Assembly (NCBI GenBank): GCA_944389545.1
Contig: CALXMT010000001.1
Location: forward strand, 138,682-202,681
Length of the DNA stretch: 64,000 nt
Reading direction: 5' to 3'
Origin: an uncultured Kiritimatiellota bacterium
Lineage (GTDB): Bacteria > Verrucomicrobiota > Kiritimatiellia > RFP12 > DVOR01
This document shows positions 37,479-47,006 of the stretch, in pieces. Position 1 is the stretch's first letter, and the number at the start of each line of letters is the position of its first letter. The notes under the pieces are model-generated. The model was given only the letters and a program-made list of their open reading frames with translations. It was not told the DNA's origin and made no database searches. A program made the translations under genes and the position numbers.

Positions 37479-39416
37479 ATGCACCGCCACGCCTTCTTCC
37501 GCACCGCCCGCACCACGCAGGCCGCCCTCACCTGCGGTGCGGACATCGAACACCTTGCCGACCTCGACCGCACCTACTGGGCCATCCTCTCCCGCCCCGA
37601 ATTTATCTATGGGCGTAACGAACCGCTGACTGGTTATCTCGACACGAACGAGGACGGCCGCATCCGAATGCCCGAGGTGCTCGCGGCCATCGAGTGGCTC
37701 AAGCCGCGTATCGCTTCCTTCGACCGCCTCTTCCTCCCTTACGAGGGCCTCGTCAAGGAAGACTTCCGCGACGACACCCCCGAGGGCAAGGCCCTCTCCG
37801 ACCTCCTCGCCCAAATCGCCCCCGACGGGAAGCCCGTCACGGACAAAGCGATTCGGGAATACCACACCAAGTTCTATTTTATTGACGTTGATAGAGATGG
37901 TGATGCATCCATCGAGGTTGAAGCGCTCGACAGCAAACTGAAACCCTACGCCGAGCTGGTTTGGAAGGTCGTCGGTCCCGCCAATCAGACACTTGCCGAA
38001 GAACATCTGCCGCTCTTTTACGACCTCTTCAAGCAATGGAGGCAGTGGCAGGCCGACAAGCCAAAGGGACGTTTCACGCTTGAGGACGTCCAGTCTCGCT
38101 GGCCGTTGCGCAAGAAGATAGACGACTACTTCAGGCTCTGCGATGAGCGAGCCTATGACGCCGCAACGCCCTTGGCCCACGACCCCTCAAAGCCCCTCAA
38201 GGACGCGCCGATTTCCCTCGCCGGGGACGCGACGCAACTCTCCTTGACAGAAGGCGTCAACCCGGAGTGGGCAGATCAGACCGCCGAGTTGGCCAAGATC
38301 CTTGGCACCACAACACTCACGCGCGACCTGTGGGAATCCCTCAAGCGCGAGTGGGATCCCTACGACGTCTGGTGGAAAAAGGTCCCCAAAGAGCTCTACT
38401 ACTTCCTTCCTTTCACGGAAGCGGACTTTGCCCTCATCGATGACCCTGCACAGCGTGCAGCACTAGAAGCCGTATTCCAGAAGGCGAAGACCGATGCTCC
38501 ATTGCTGGCTGTCATCGACGATCTGGAGCGCTTCGCCGCCCTACGTGGTGGACTCCTGCGTTTCCTGCGGAACTTCGTCAACGTGTCCGACCTCTATCCG
38601 CCGGTCGCAGACCCGCTCTTCCTCTGCGGGAAGCTCTTCATGGATGGTCGCATCGCCTCCCTCTGCTTCCCAGTTGAGAACGGCGGCGAAAAGGCCCATG
38701 CGGCGCTTGCCGCGCCCGCGCGGTGTTGTTTGGTCTATTGCACGCTTGAACGCAAGCACGAGCCCTCGCGCACCATCCTGGCTGTCTTCACCGCCGGTAC
38801 GGTCGGCGCACTCACGGTGGGCAAACGCGGACTCTTCGTGGATTTGAACGGGCAGGACTGGGAAGCGACTGTCTCCCATGTGGCCATCACCACCATCAGT
38901 CTGTGGGAAGCCTTCTTTGCGCCATGGCGGAAGATTGGCGAGGTCTGTTCCGAGACCTTCCAAAAACTCATCGGTGGTCGTGGGGACAACGCCGTCACCC
39001 AAGTGGCCACAGCCGCCACGAAAGCGCAGGCCTCCGCCGTCGGGACAACACCGGCCAAGCCCGCGGTCCCGGCCTCGAACGCCTCGCAGATGGCCTCTGT
39101 GGCGACGCTGGGCATCTCGCTCTCCTTCTTGGCCTCGGCAGCCGCGGCCATCGCCTCGGCCGTGACGCACGCGCCGCTCTGGAAGACCGGCTCCGTGGTG
39201 CTGGGCATCATCCTGGTGGTCTCCATCCCCAGCGTCATCCTGGCGTGGTTCCGTCTGCGCAACCGCGACCTCGCCCCCATCCTCAACGCCTCCGGCTGGG
39301 CCGTGAACCGCTCCATCGGACTCACGCCGCGCCTGGGCCGCTTCTTCACCCAACGTGCGAACTACTTGGGCCGCCGCTTCGTGCGCCGCCCGAACGCCCG
39401 CAAACAGGGAGTCTGA
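37479..39416 (+). CDS. Hypothetical protein with EF-hand-like loops and C-terminal transmembrane anchor
   Basis: 'DTNEDGRIRMPE' fits the EF-hand loop D-x-N-x-D-G-x-I-x-x-x-E. A second degenerate loop is 'DVDRDGDASIEVE'. Two C-terminal hydrophobic helices. Confidence 0.45.
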   Translation: MHRHAFFRTARTTQAALTCGADIEHLADLDRTYWAILSRPEFIYGRNEPLTGYLDTNEDGRIRMPEVLAAIEWLKPRIASFDRLFLPYEGLVKEDFRDDTPEGKALSDLLAQIAPDGKPVTDKAIREYHTKFYFIDVDRDGDASIEVEALDSKLKPYAELVWKVVGPANQTLAEEHLPLFYDLFKQWRQWQADKPKGRFTLEDVQSRWPLRKKIDDYFRLCDERAYDAATPLAHDPSKPLKDAPISLAGDATQLSLTEGVNPEWADQTAELAKILGTTTLTRDLWESLKREWDPYDVWWKKVPKELYYFLPFTEADFALIDDPAQRAALEAVFQKAKTDAPLLAVIDDLERFAALRGGLLRFLRNFVNVSDLYPPVADPLFLCGKLFMDGRIASLCFPVENGGEKAHAALAAPARCCLVYCTLERKHEPSRTILAVFTAGTVGALTVGKRGLFVDLNGQDWEATVSHVAITTISLWEAFFAPWRKIGEVCSETFQKLIGGRGDNAVTQVATAATKAQASAVGTTPAKPAVPASNASQMASVATLGISLSFLASAAAAIASAVTHAPLWKTGSVVLGIILVVSIPSVILAWFRLRNRDLAPILNASGWAVNRSIGLTPRLGRFFTQRANYLGRRFVRRPNARKQGV

Positions 39417-39417
39417 C

Positions 39418-40290
39418 ATGGCCACGAAATATCCGCCCTTCCTCGGTTCCGAGCACGCCCCCGTGGCGAAAGAGGAGGCCTTCTTCCACGTCATCCCCGT
39501 GCCGATGGAGCTCTCCGTCTCCTACGGTTCCGGCGCGGCCAACGGCCCCGCCGCCATCTTGGCCGCCTCCGACCAACTCGAGGCCTACGAGGGCGGCGAG
39601 TTCCCCTGCGAGGGCGGCATCTACACCGCCAAGCCGGTCCGCCCCACGGCCGCAAAGGCAAAAGACCCCGAGGCTTGGCTCCACGCCATCGAGAAGGCCG
39701 TCGGCGAGGCGTTGGACTGCGGCGCCAAGCCCGTGATGCTCGGCGGCGAACACACCGTCACCCTCGGCGCGGCCCTGGCCTACAAGGTGCGCGGCGAGAA
39801 GATCGGCATCGTCCACTTCGACGCCCACGCCGACTTGCGCGACAGCTATGAGGGCTCGCCCCTCTCGCACGCCTGCGTCCTGCGTCGTTGCCACGAACTC
39901 GGCTTCCCCGTGGCCCAATTCGCCACCCGCGCCTACTGCCAAGACGAGGCAGACTACCGTGCGGCCAACCCCAAAACCCTCTTCGCGAGCGACGCCGAGA
40001 CCCTCGCCCTCAAGGGTCCGCCCACGCCCATCCTGCCCAAGGGCTTCCCCAAGAAGGTCTACGTCACCTTCGATGTCGACGGACTGGACCCCGCCATCAT
40101 GCCCGCGACCGGCACGCCCGTGCCCGGCGGCCTGCTCTGGTGGTCGACCCTCTTCATCCTCCGCGAAATCGCCTCCGACCGCGAGATCGTCGGCTGCGAC
40201 GTGGTGGAACTGGCCCCCATCCCCGGCCTGCACCACGCCGACTTCACCGCCGCCAAGCTCACCCAGTCCCTCATGGGCCTCATGCGCTGA
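39418..40290 (+). CDS. speB: Agmatinase / arginase-family ureohydrolase
   Basis: 'GGEHTVTLG', 'VHFDAHADL', 'VTFDVDGLDP' Mn-binding motifs. Confidence 0.8.
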   Translation: MATKYPPFLGSEHAPVAKEEAFFHVIPVPMELSVSYGSGAANGPAAILAASDQLEAYEGGEFPCEGGIYTAKPVRPTAAKAKDPEAWLHAIEKAVGEALDCGAKPVMLGGEHTVTLGAALAYKVRGEKIGIVHFDAHADLRDSYEGSPLSHACVLRRCHELGFPVAQFATRAYCQDEADYRAANPKTLFASDAETLALKGPPTPILPKGFPKKVYVTFDVDGLDPAIMPATGTPVPGGLLWWSTLFILREIASDREIVGCDVVELAPIPGLHHADFTAAKLTQSLMGLMR

Positions 40291-41267
40291 TGGACCTCCC
40301 GCACGTCACCTCCGCCTTGGACGAGGCGCTCGCCCGCTTCGAGGGCGCCAAGCTTGCCTTTGTCGATGGCGTCTGGGTGAACGAATCCGTGCGGGGGCGC
40401 GACCTGAAGTATTACATCTTCGACTGGGACGACAACGTCCTCTGCATGCCCACGCGCATCCACATGGAGCGCCTCAACAGCAAGGGCCAGTGGGTGCCGC
40501 ACGTCTGCTCCACGGCCACCTACAGCGTCATCCGCGCAGACACCGAACACTACCGCTTTCCCCACGGGCGGCGCGAACTCGCCTTCGTTGAGTTCCAAGA
40601 CACGCGCACGCCGCTCGGCGGGGGCACCTTCCTGGACGACCTCGACCGCGCCCTCGATGCCATCGCCGCCGGCCGCCGCACCCCGCCGCCGAGTTTCGCC
40701 ACCTTCCGCAAGACCCTCATCGAGGGCCGCCTCTTCGCCATCGTCACGGCCCGCGGCCACGCCTCCGAGACCCTCTGCCAGGGCGTGGAGCGCTTCATCG
40801 AGCGCGTCCTCTCCCCCGTTGAGCGCGAGATTATGCTCATCAATCTGCGCGGATACTCCTACTGCTTCGACCACGTGCAGACCTTCCCCTCGCAGACCGC
40901 CGTCCTCCGCCGCTACCTCTCCCTCAACCGCTACCACGCCATCACCTCCCCCGACTTCGACCGCCGCCTGGCCGAGGAAGCCCCCGAACTCACCTCTCAA
41001 GAGGGCCGCAAGCGTTTCGCCATCCGCGACTTTATCGACCACTTGGTCCACATCCTCGACTCCACCGGCATGGCCGCCCTCCGTCTGCCCATCTCCATCG
41101 GCTTCTCCGACGACGACCCCCGCAACGTCAAGGCCGTGCAGGAATACATCGAGCGCGTCCTCTCCCGCCGCTTCCCCACCGTCAAGTTCTGCGTCTACGA
41201 CACCTCCGACGGCGCCGGCGCCCACAAGATGATGATCTCCGGCCAACTGGAGTTGCCCCTCGAATGA
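40290..41267 (+). CDS. Hypothetical protein (HAD-like 'YIFDWDDNVL' N-terminal motif)
   Basis: The ATG overlaps the speB stop (TGATG). Motif 'FDWDDN' resembles HAD motif I (DxDx[TV]). Confidence 0.4.
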   Translation: MDLPHVTSALDEALARFEGAKLAFVDGVWVNESVRGRDLKYYIFDWDDNVLCMPTRIHMERLNSKGQWVPHVCSTATYSVIRADTEHYRFPHGRRELAFVEFQDTRTPLGGGTFLDDLDRALDAIAAGRRTPPPSFATFRKTLIEGRLFAIVTARGHASETLCQGVERFIERVLSPVEREIMLINLRGYSYCFDHVQTFPSQTAVLRRYLSLNRYHAITSPDFDRRLAEEAPELTSQEGRKRFAIRDFIDHLVHILDSTGMAALRLPISIGFSDDDPRNVKAVQEYIERVLSRRFPTVKFCVYDTSDGAGAHKMMISGQLELPLE

Positions 41268-42286
41268 AAATCGCCGTCGCCTTCTCCGGCGGCGTCGACT
41301 CCGCCGTCTGCGTCCGCCTCCTTCAAGAACAGGGCCACGACGTTGAGGCCTGGCACATGCTCACCCTCGCCGCCGAGCCCGCGCCGGCCGTCGTCGCCCT
41401 CGCCGAGGCCCTCGGCGTTCCCCTGCGCACGGTCGACCTCCGTGCCGACTTCGAGCGCGAGGTCGTTGCGCCCTTCTTCGCGGACTACGCCGCCGGCCTC
41501 ACGCCCAATCCCTGTTGCCGCTGCAACCCCCGCCTCAAGTTCGGCCTCCTTCGCCAAGCCATCAACGGCCCCATGGCCACCGGCCACTACGTCGCCAAAG
41601 CCCACGAACCCGAGACCGGCGCCTTGACCCTCCGCGCCGCCTCCGACGCCGCCAAGGACCAGTCCTACTTCCTCTACGCCCTCACCCGAGACGACCTCGC
41701 CGACGTCGTCTTCCCCCTCGCCGACCGTACCCGCGCGGAGGTCGTCTCCCTCGCGCGAGCCTGGGCCCTGCCCATCCCGGAGGCGCGCCTGGCCTCCGGC
41801 AGCCAAGACATCTGCTTCCTCCCCGACGGCGACTATCGCCCCGAGCTCCGCCGCCGCCACCCCGAGACCGACCGTCCCGGCGACATCCTCTCCCCCGAGG
41901 GCCGTATCTTGGGCCGCCACCAAGGCCTCGCCAACTACACCCGCGGCCAACGCCGCGGACTCGGTGTCGCCACCGGCGGCCGCGCCTTCGTCGTCGCCTT
42001 CGACCGCGCTCGCAACACCCTCACCCTCGGCCCGCGCGAAGCCCTCCTCACGCGAACCTTCCGCGTCGGCCCCGTCAATTGGCTCGTGCCCCCCACCTTC
42101 CCGCTTGCCTGCCAGGCCGTCACGCGTTACCACCATCCTCCCTTTGACTGCCTGGTCCACGCCGATGGCCGCGTCGAGGCCGCCGAGCCGCAGACCCTCG
42201 TCACTCCCGGCCAGGCCTGCGTCTTCTACCGCGGCCCCTACCTCCTCGGCGGCGGTCCCATCCTTCCGGAGCAATCCCATGACTGA
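41264..42286 (+). CDS. mnmA: tRNA-specific 2-thiouridylase MnmA
   Basis: PP-loop 'VAFSGGVDSAV', catalytic Cys region 'NPCCRCN'. Confidence 0.85.
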   Translation: MKIAVAFSGGVDSAVCVRLLQEQGHDVEAWHMLTLAAEPAPAVVALAEALGVPLRTVDLRADFEREVVAPFFADYAAGLTPNPCCRCNPRLKFGLLRQAINGPMATGHYVAKAHEPETGALTLRAASDAAKDQSYFLYALTRDDLADVVFPLADRTRAEVVSLARAWALPIPEARLASGSQDICFLPDGDYRPELRRRHPETDRPGDILSPEGRILGRHQGLANYTRGQRRGLGVATGGRAFVVAFDRARNTLTLGPREALLTRTFRVGPVNWLVPPTFPLACQAVTRYHHPPFDCLVHADGRVEAAEPQTLVTPGQACVFYRGPYLLGGGPILPEQSHD

Positions 42287-43961
42287 CCTTGCCTTTGTCC
42301 TCTGCGCGGGCCTCGGCGAACGCCTCCGCCCCATGACCCTCGCCACCCCCAAGCCGCTCGTCCCCATCTGGAACCGCCCCCTCTTGGACCACACCCTCGA
42401 CACCCTCGCCGGCTGGGGCGTCCGCGAGGTCTTCCTCAACACCCACTGGCTCCCCGAGGCCCTCCGCGCCTTCATCGCCGCCTACCGCGGGCCCCTGACC
42501 CTCCACGAACTCCACGAGCCCGACCTCCTCGGCACCGGCGGCGCCCTCCGCAACCTCGCCCCCCATCTCAAGGGCCGTCCCTTCTGGCTCGTCAATGGCG
42601 ACGTCGTCTTCCACGCCGACCCCGCCCCCCTTGCCGAGGCCTTCGAGGCCTCCGGCCGCTTCGCCGCCGCCTGGCTCGAGCCCAAGCGCGGCCCCCGCAC
42701 CGTCGAGCTCGACTACGCCAACCGCGTCACCTGCTGGCGCTCCCCCACCCCGGGCGTCGAGCGCACCTACACCTTCACCGGCGTCAGCCTCCTCTCCCCC
42801 GACGTCCTCTCCTTCCTTCCCGACCGCCCCGTCTGCTCCCTCGTCGACGCCTTCGAGAACGCCGCCTTCTCCAACCGCTTTGTCCGCGGCGTCCTCCTCC
42901 CCGAGTCCTACTGGAACGACGCCGGCACCCCCGCCGCCTACATCGAGGCCCACCGCGATGCCAAGCGTCTGCCCACCCTCGCCCACTACGCCTCCGGCGC
43001 CGCCGACACCCAGCCCGCCCCCGTCGCCCAAGCCCTCGCCGCCCTCAAGTGGCCGGTGGACGAGACCATCGTCGCGCCGCTCGGCGCCCGCGGCAGCAAG
43101 CGCACCTTCTGGCGCCTCTCCGCGCCCCGCCGCAGCGCCATTGCCATTGCCTACGAGACCGAGGGCCGCGCCGAGAACGCCCGCTACGCCGCCTGTGCCA
43201 AAGCCCTCGCCAAAGCCCATGTCGCAGTCCCGAAAGTCCTGCTCGACCTCCCCAACCTCCTGGTGATGGAAGACCTCGGCGATGACACCTTCGACCGTCA
43301 CGTCGCCGCCGTCCGCGAAGATTGCCTCCGCGGGAGCGAGGCGCCCGGCCATGAGGGCCATCGCCACGGTTCACCCCGGCTCCGTCAAGTCATGGAACTG
43401 CTCGCGACCTTCCATCGCGCCGACATCGGCGATCTTCCCCTCGAGCCGCCCTTCGATGCCGCGCTCTACGCCTGGGAAGTCTCCCTCCACGAGCAATTCG
43501 CCAAGCCCTTCCCGCCCGAGGCCAAAGCCGAACTCGCGCGCATCCAAGACACCCTCCTCGCCGAACCCGCCGTCCTCGTCCACCGCGACTTCCAGAGCTC
43601 CAACATCCTCTGGAACGCCAAGCGCCCTTGGCTCATCGACTTCCAAGGCATGCGCCGCGGCCCCGCCCTCTACGACCTCGCCTCCTTCCTCTACGACCCC
43701 TACGTCGACTGGGGCGAGGCCGCGCAGGAGGCCGCCATCGGCGCCTATGCCGAGGCCGCCAACCGCGATGCCGAAGAACTCCGTGCAAAACTTCCCTTCG
43801 CCGGTATCCAACGCCTCACCCAAGCCATCGGTGCCTACCACCGCCTGGCCTCCGTGGGCCAACCTCGTTTCCTGACCTACGTGCCGATTGCCCGCGCCCG
43901 CGCCGCCGCCCTCGCGGAGAAAGCTCAACTCCCCGCCCTCGCAACCTTCTTCAAAGATTGA
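42279..43961 (+). CDS. Fused sugar-1-phosphate nucleotidyltransferase / anomeric sugar kinase (MurU-AmgK-like MurNAc/GlcNAc salvage enzyme)
   Basis: N-terminus 'LCAGLGERLRP...KPLVP' (NTP-transferase G-loop). C-terminal half has the APH/kinase catalytic 'LVHRDFQSSNILWN' and 'LIDFQG'. Confidence 0.6.
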   Translation: MTDLAFVLCAGLGERLRPMTLATPKPLVPIWNRPLLDHTLDTLAGWGVREVFLNTHWLPEALRAFIAAYRGPLTLHELHEPDLLGTGGALRNLAPHLKGRPFWLVNGDVVFHADPAPLAEAFEASGRFAAAWLEPKRGPRTVELDYANRVTCWRSPTPGVERTYTFTGVSLLSPDVLSFLPDRPVCSLVDAFENAAFSNRFVRGVLLPESYWNDAGTPAAYIEAHRDAKRLPTLAHYASGAADTQPAPVAQALAALKWPVDETIVAPLGARGSKRTFWRLSAPRRSAIAIAYETEGRAENARYAACAKALAKAHVAVPKVLLDLPNLLVMEDLGDDTFDRHVAAVREDCLRGSEAPGHEGHRHGSPRLRQVMELLATFHRADIGDLPLEPPFDAALYAWEVSLHEQFAKPFPPEAKAELARIQDTLLAEPAVLVHRDFQSSNILWNAKRPWLIDFQGMRRGPALYDLASFLYDPYVDWGEAAQEAAIGAYAEAANRDAEELRAKLPFAGIQRLTQAIGAYHRLASVGQPRFLTYVPIARARAAALAEKAQLPALATFFKD

Positions 43962-43964
43962 GGC

Positions 43965-44330
43965 CCGTTAGGTTTAGATCACAGAGGAGCACAGAGGGTT
44001 GCACAGAGCAACACAGAGATTCACACAACGCCAGAGAACCGCAGATTTTGGCAGATTTAGGGCGTGCTACCGTACGCAAGATTTCCAGGTTTGAGACTTG
44101 GCGGCTTGGCCTTCTCAATGGCCTCACCGTCGCCCCACAGGGGCGCTCCTGTATCTCCTGAATCTCCTGTATCTCCTGTTCAGCCTTTACACGCCTTCAG
44201 CGCCTTTTCAGCGATTCCAAAGTCCGGGCAAACACCCCCACCCGTCGCGCGCTTGCCGCGCGTTCCGTTCTCTGTTCTCCGTTCTCTGTTCTCCGGGGCA
44301 CGCAAGCGCCCCTTGTGTATTCGTGGAGAG
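43965..44330. repeat. Composite repeats (families H-rc, C with (aatctcctg)x3, D with (gttctccgt)n)
   Basis: 44120-44180 'cgtcgccccacaggggcgctcctgtatctcctgaatctcctgtatctcctg'. 44215-44325 is family D. Confidence 0.75.
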
Positions 44331-44333
44331 GGG

Positions 44334-44858
44334 TTAGCCCAAGAACAGCCGGCGGATCCAGGAATCCTCCGCCACCACGCCGGCATCGATCAGCAAGCAG
44401 ACCGCCGTCACCGCGATGCCGGCCATCACGACGCCCGCCACGTTGGCCACGTAGAAACGGCGGCGTTCGAAGCCCAGCAGGAAGGCCCCCACCGCACCCG
44501 TCAGCGCGCCCGTCCCCGGCAGCGGGACGCCGATGAAGATGGCCAGACCCCACTCGCCGTAACGATCGACCACGGGCTTCAGTTTCTGCTGACGTTTCTC
44601 CACGTGCGGCCACAGCCGTTCACGGAACCACGTCCACCGCTTACGGAAAAAGGCCAGGATGGGCAAGAGAATCTCGAACGCCACAATGCCGAGCGCCACG
44701 TTCGCCACAATGCAAATCGGCACCACCCACCACCAGTCGATGTGCACCCCCCACATCGCGTGCAACGCAAAGAACCCGACCGGGATCGAGGCGCGCAACT
44801 CCAGCAGAGGCAGGAAGGAAAAGAAGATGAGCGTGGCGATTGCCAGGAAATACTCCAT
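44334..44858 (-). CDS. Small integral membrane protein (COG2426-like, putative small exporter)
   Basis: 174 aa with four predicted TM helices. Confidence 0.45.
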   Translation of the reverse strand: MEYFLAIATLIFFSFLPLLELRASIPVGFFALHAMWGVHIDWWWVVPICIVANVALGIVAFEILLPILAFFRKRWTWFRERLWPHVEKRQQKLKPVVDRYGEWGLAIFIGVPLPGTGALTGAVGAFLLGFERRRFYVANVAGVVMAGIAVTAVCLLIDAGVVAEDSWIRRLFLG

Positions 44859-44870
44859 GTCAGGCTCCGT

Positions 44871-45749
44871 TCACGGGGTTTCAGGTTTGGCGAAGAGGCC
44901 CGTGCGCCACTCGCCGATGAGAAGGGAATCCGTTTCGCGCAGGCCCTGTGCCTCAAAGGCCGCACGAACCTCCGGATAAAGCGTCTCCAGAATGCCCGAG
45001 GCCACCAAGACCCCGCCCGGCAACACCGCGCAAGCCACCTCCGCCGCGTGCTCAATGAGCACCGGCCCCAAGATGTTCGCCAGCACCACCGCGCCCTGGT
45101 CCAGGTTCGAGGCCAAGTCCCGCGCCTCAAAGGGAATCGTCTCCCCGTTGAGCGCCGCATTCTCCTGCGCCACCGTCACCGCATCGGGGTCATAATCGAA
45201 TCCGCGCACATGGGTGAAACCCAGCTTCCGCGCCGCGATGGCCAGAATGCCGCTCCCGCACCCCATGTCCAGCACCGGTCGCGACAGGTCGCCCGTCGCC
45301 AGACCATCCAAGAAACGCAAACAGCCCTGCGTCGTCGGGTGCTTCCCCGTACCGAAGCTCATCCCCGGGTCAAGCGTAATCACCGCCTCCCCGGGCTTCG
45401 CCTCATAAGCCTCCCACGAAGGCCGAATCGTCACCCGCGGCGACACATGCTCCACATGAAAGAATCGCTTCCAGGCCTCCGACCAATCCGCGGCCGGGAG
45501 CGTCTCGATGGTCGGCTCCACCGTGAACCCGGCCAACGCCGCCGCGTCGCGCACCGCTTGCGCCACACCAAGCGCCGCCGAGGCGTCTTCCAAAAAGACT
45601 TCCAGCCGCGCCGCGTGCGTCTCCATGTCCTCACACACCGTTGGCGTGAAAGCGTCCGCGTCGATCAACTCCAACAACGTGTCCGCCGCCTCCGCCGAGG
45701 GAAGCGCCGCCGACACCACCGTTACATCCTGTGCTTGCATAGACCCCAT
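44871..45749 (-). CDS. prmA: Ribosomal protein L11 methyltransferase
   Basis: 'VLDMGCGSGILAIAA' SAM motif and 'PSWEAYEAKPGEAVITLDPGMSFGTGKHPTT' PrmA signature. The start could be 45770, 45749 or 45740. Confidence 0.8.
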   Translation of the reverse strand: MGSMQAQDVTVVSAALPSAEAADTLLELIDADAFTPTVCEDMETHAARLEVFLEDASAALGVAQAVRDAAALAGFTVEPTIETLPAADWSEAWKRFFHVEHVSPRVTIRPSWEAYEAKPGEAVITLDPGMSFGTGKHPTTQGCLRFLDGLATGDLSRPVLDMGCGSGILAIAARKLGFTHVRGFDYDPDAVTVAQENAALNGETIPFEARDLASNLDQGAVVLANILGPVLIEHAAEVACAVLPGGVLVASGILETLYPEVRAAFEAQGLRETDSLLIGEWRTGLFAKPETP

Positions 45750-45774
45750 AGTGTACCAAAAGTGCCCCAATTCA

Positions 45775-46110
45775 GTTTATCTACGCCCCCGCACAATACT
45801 GTCTGGGGAAGTTTTTCCGCGAAGACGGCCTTGCGTGGAAACCCGGCGGGCTCCATCGCTCCCTTCGGTCACGCCGCCCTTGGGATTTCCACGCTATCGC
45901 GCCCCTGAAGGGGCGCTCAATGGGGAGTTGGGAAGGTTAGAAGCTTGGAGGCTTAGAAGCTTGGTTTTGTTGGTGGGGCACTGCCTCACTTCTTTATTAT
46001 TCTCTTACCTGACAAGGCGCGAAACGGAGGGCGGCGGTCGCGGTCAGCGGCGAAGCCGCAGAGCGACCGATGGAGCCCGAAGCGGTTCGCGCCCCTCCTT
46101 GCGTCTTTGC
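45775..46110. repeat. Repeat family I (long form) followed by family A composite
   Basis: 45790-45930 is near-identical to 55660-55800. 45935-46110 is family A. Confidence 0.8.
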
Positions 46111-46192
46111 GGTCCCAATTTTCCCCGAGCACACCATTGGTCACTGAGGTAACCTGCCGCGAAAGCTGCCGCGATGTGCTATACTGTCGCGC

Positions 46193-46990
46193 ATGAAACA
46201 GACGAAAGTCATCGCAGTGGCCAACCAGAAAGGCGGGGTCGGCAAGACGACCACCGTGGTGAACCTGGCAGCGGCCTTGGCAAGAATGCGCAAAACCGTC
46301 CTGGTCATCGACCTCGACCCCCAGGCCAACGCCACCAGCGGCTTGGGTCTGCGCCCCACCCCCGGCACCAGCCTTTACGCGGCCCTCACCGGCCAAACCT
46401 TCATCGGCGACGTCATCCAGGGCACGCCCCTCGAAAACGTCAATATCATCCCTTCCGAACTCGACCTCTCCGGCGCGGAACTCGAAATCGCCCGGCAGGA
46501 CGACCACCTGCGCGTGGTGCGCGACCTGCTTGAGCCCGTCCTCACCGCGGGGGTCTACGACTTCATCCTCATCGACTGCCCCCCTTCGCTCGGCATCCTC
46601 ATGACCGCCTCGCTCGCCGCGGCCAACGGCGTCGTCGTCGCCATGCAGTGCGAATACTACGCAATGGAGGGCCTCCAGGTCATCACCGACGTCATCCGCC
46701 GCCTGCGCGAGAACGGCGCCAACCCCGCCATCCACGTCGAGGGTATCCTCATGACGATGTACGATGCCCGCACCAACCTCTCCGAGGATGTCGTCCAAGA
46801 GGTGCGCAAGCACTTCGGCAAACTCGTCTACAAGACCGTCATCCCGCGCAACATCCGCATCTCCGAGGCCCCCTCTTTCGGCCAGCCGGTCGTGGAATAC
46901 GATCCTTCCTCCAAGGGCGCCCAGGCCTACATCGCTCTGGCCAAGGAGTTCGCCGCCCGCGCCTCCCGCAATCAACAAACCCAAGATTGA
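46193..46990 (+). CDS. parA: ParA/Soj-family partition ATPase (no parB adjacent)
   Basis: Deviant Walker A '[12 protein letters not shown]'. Confidence 0.85.
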   Translation: MKQTKVIAVANQKGGVGKTTTVVNLAAALARMRKTVLVIDLDPQANATSGLGLRPTPGTSLYAALTGQTFIGDVIQGTPLENVNIIPSELDLSGAELEIARQDDHLRVVRDLLEPVLTAGVYDFILIDCPPSLGILMTASLAAANGVVVAMQCEYYAMEGLQVITDVIRRLRENGANPAIHVEGILMTMYDARTNLSEDVVQEVRKHFGKLVYKTVIPRNIRISEAPSFGQPVVEYDPSSKGAQAYIALAKEFAARASRNQQTQD

Positions 46991-47006
46991 CACCACAGGA
47001 TTGAAG

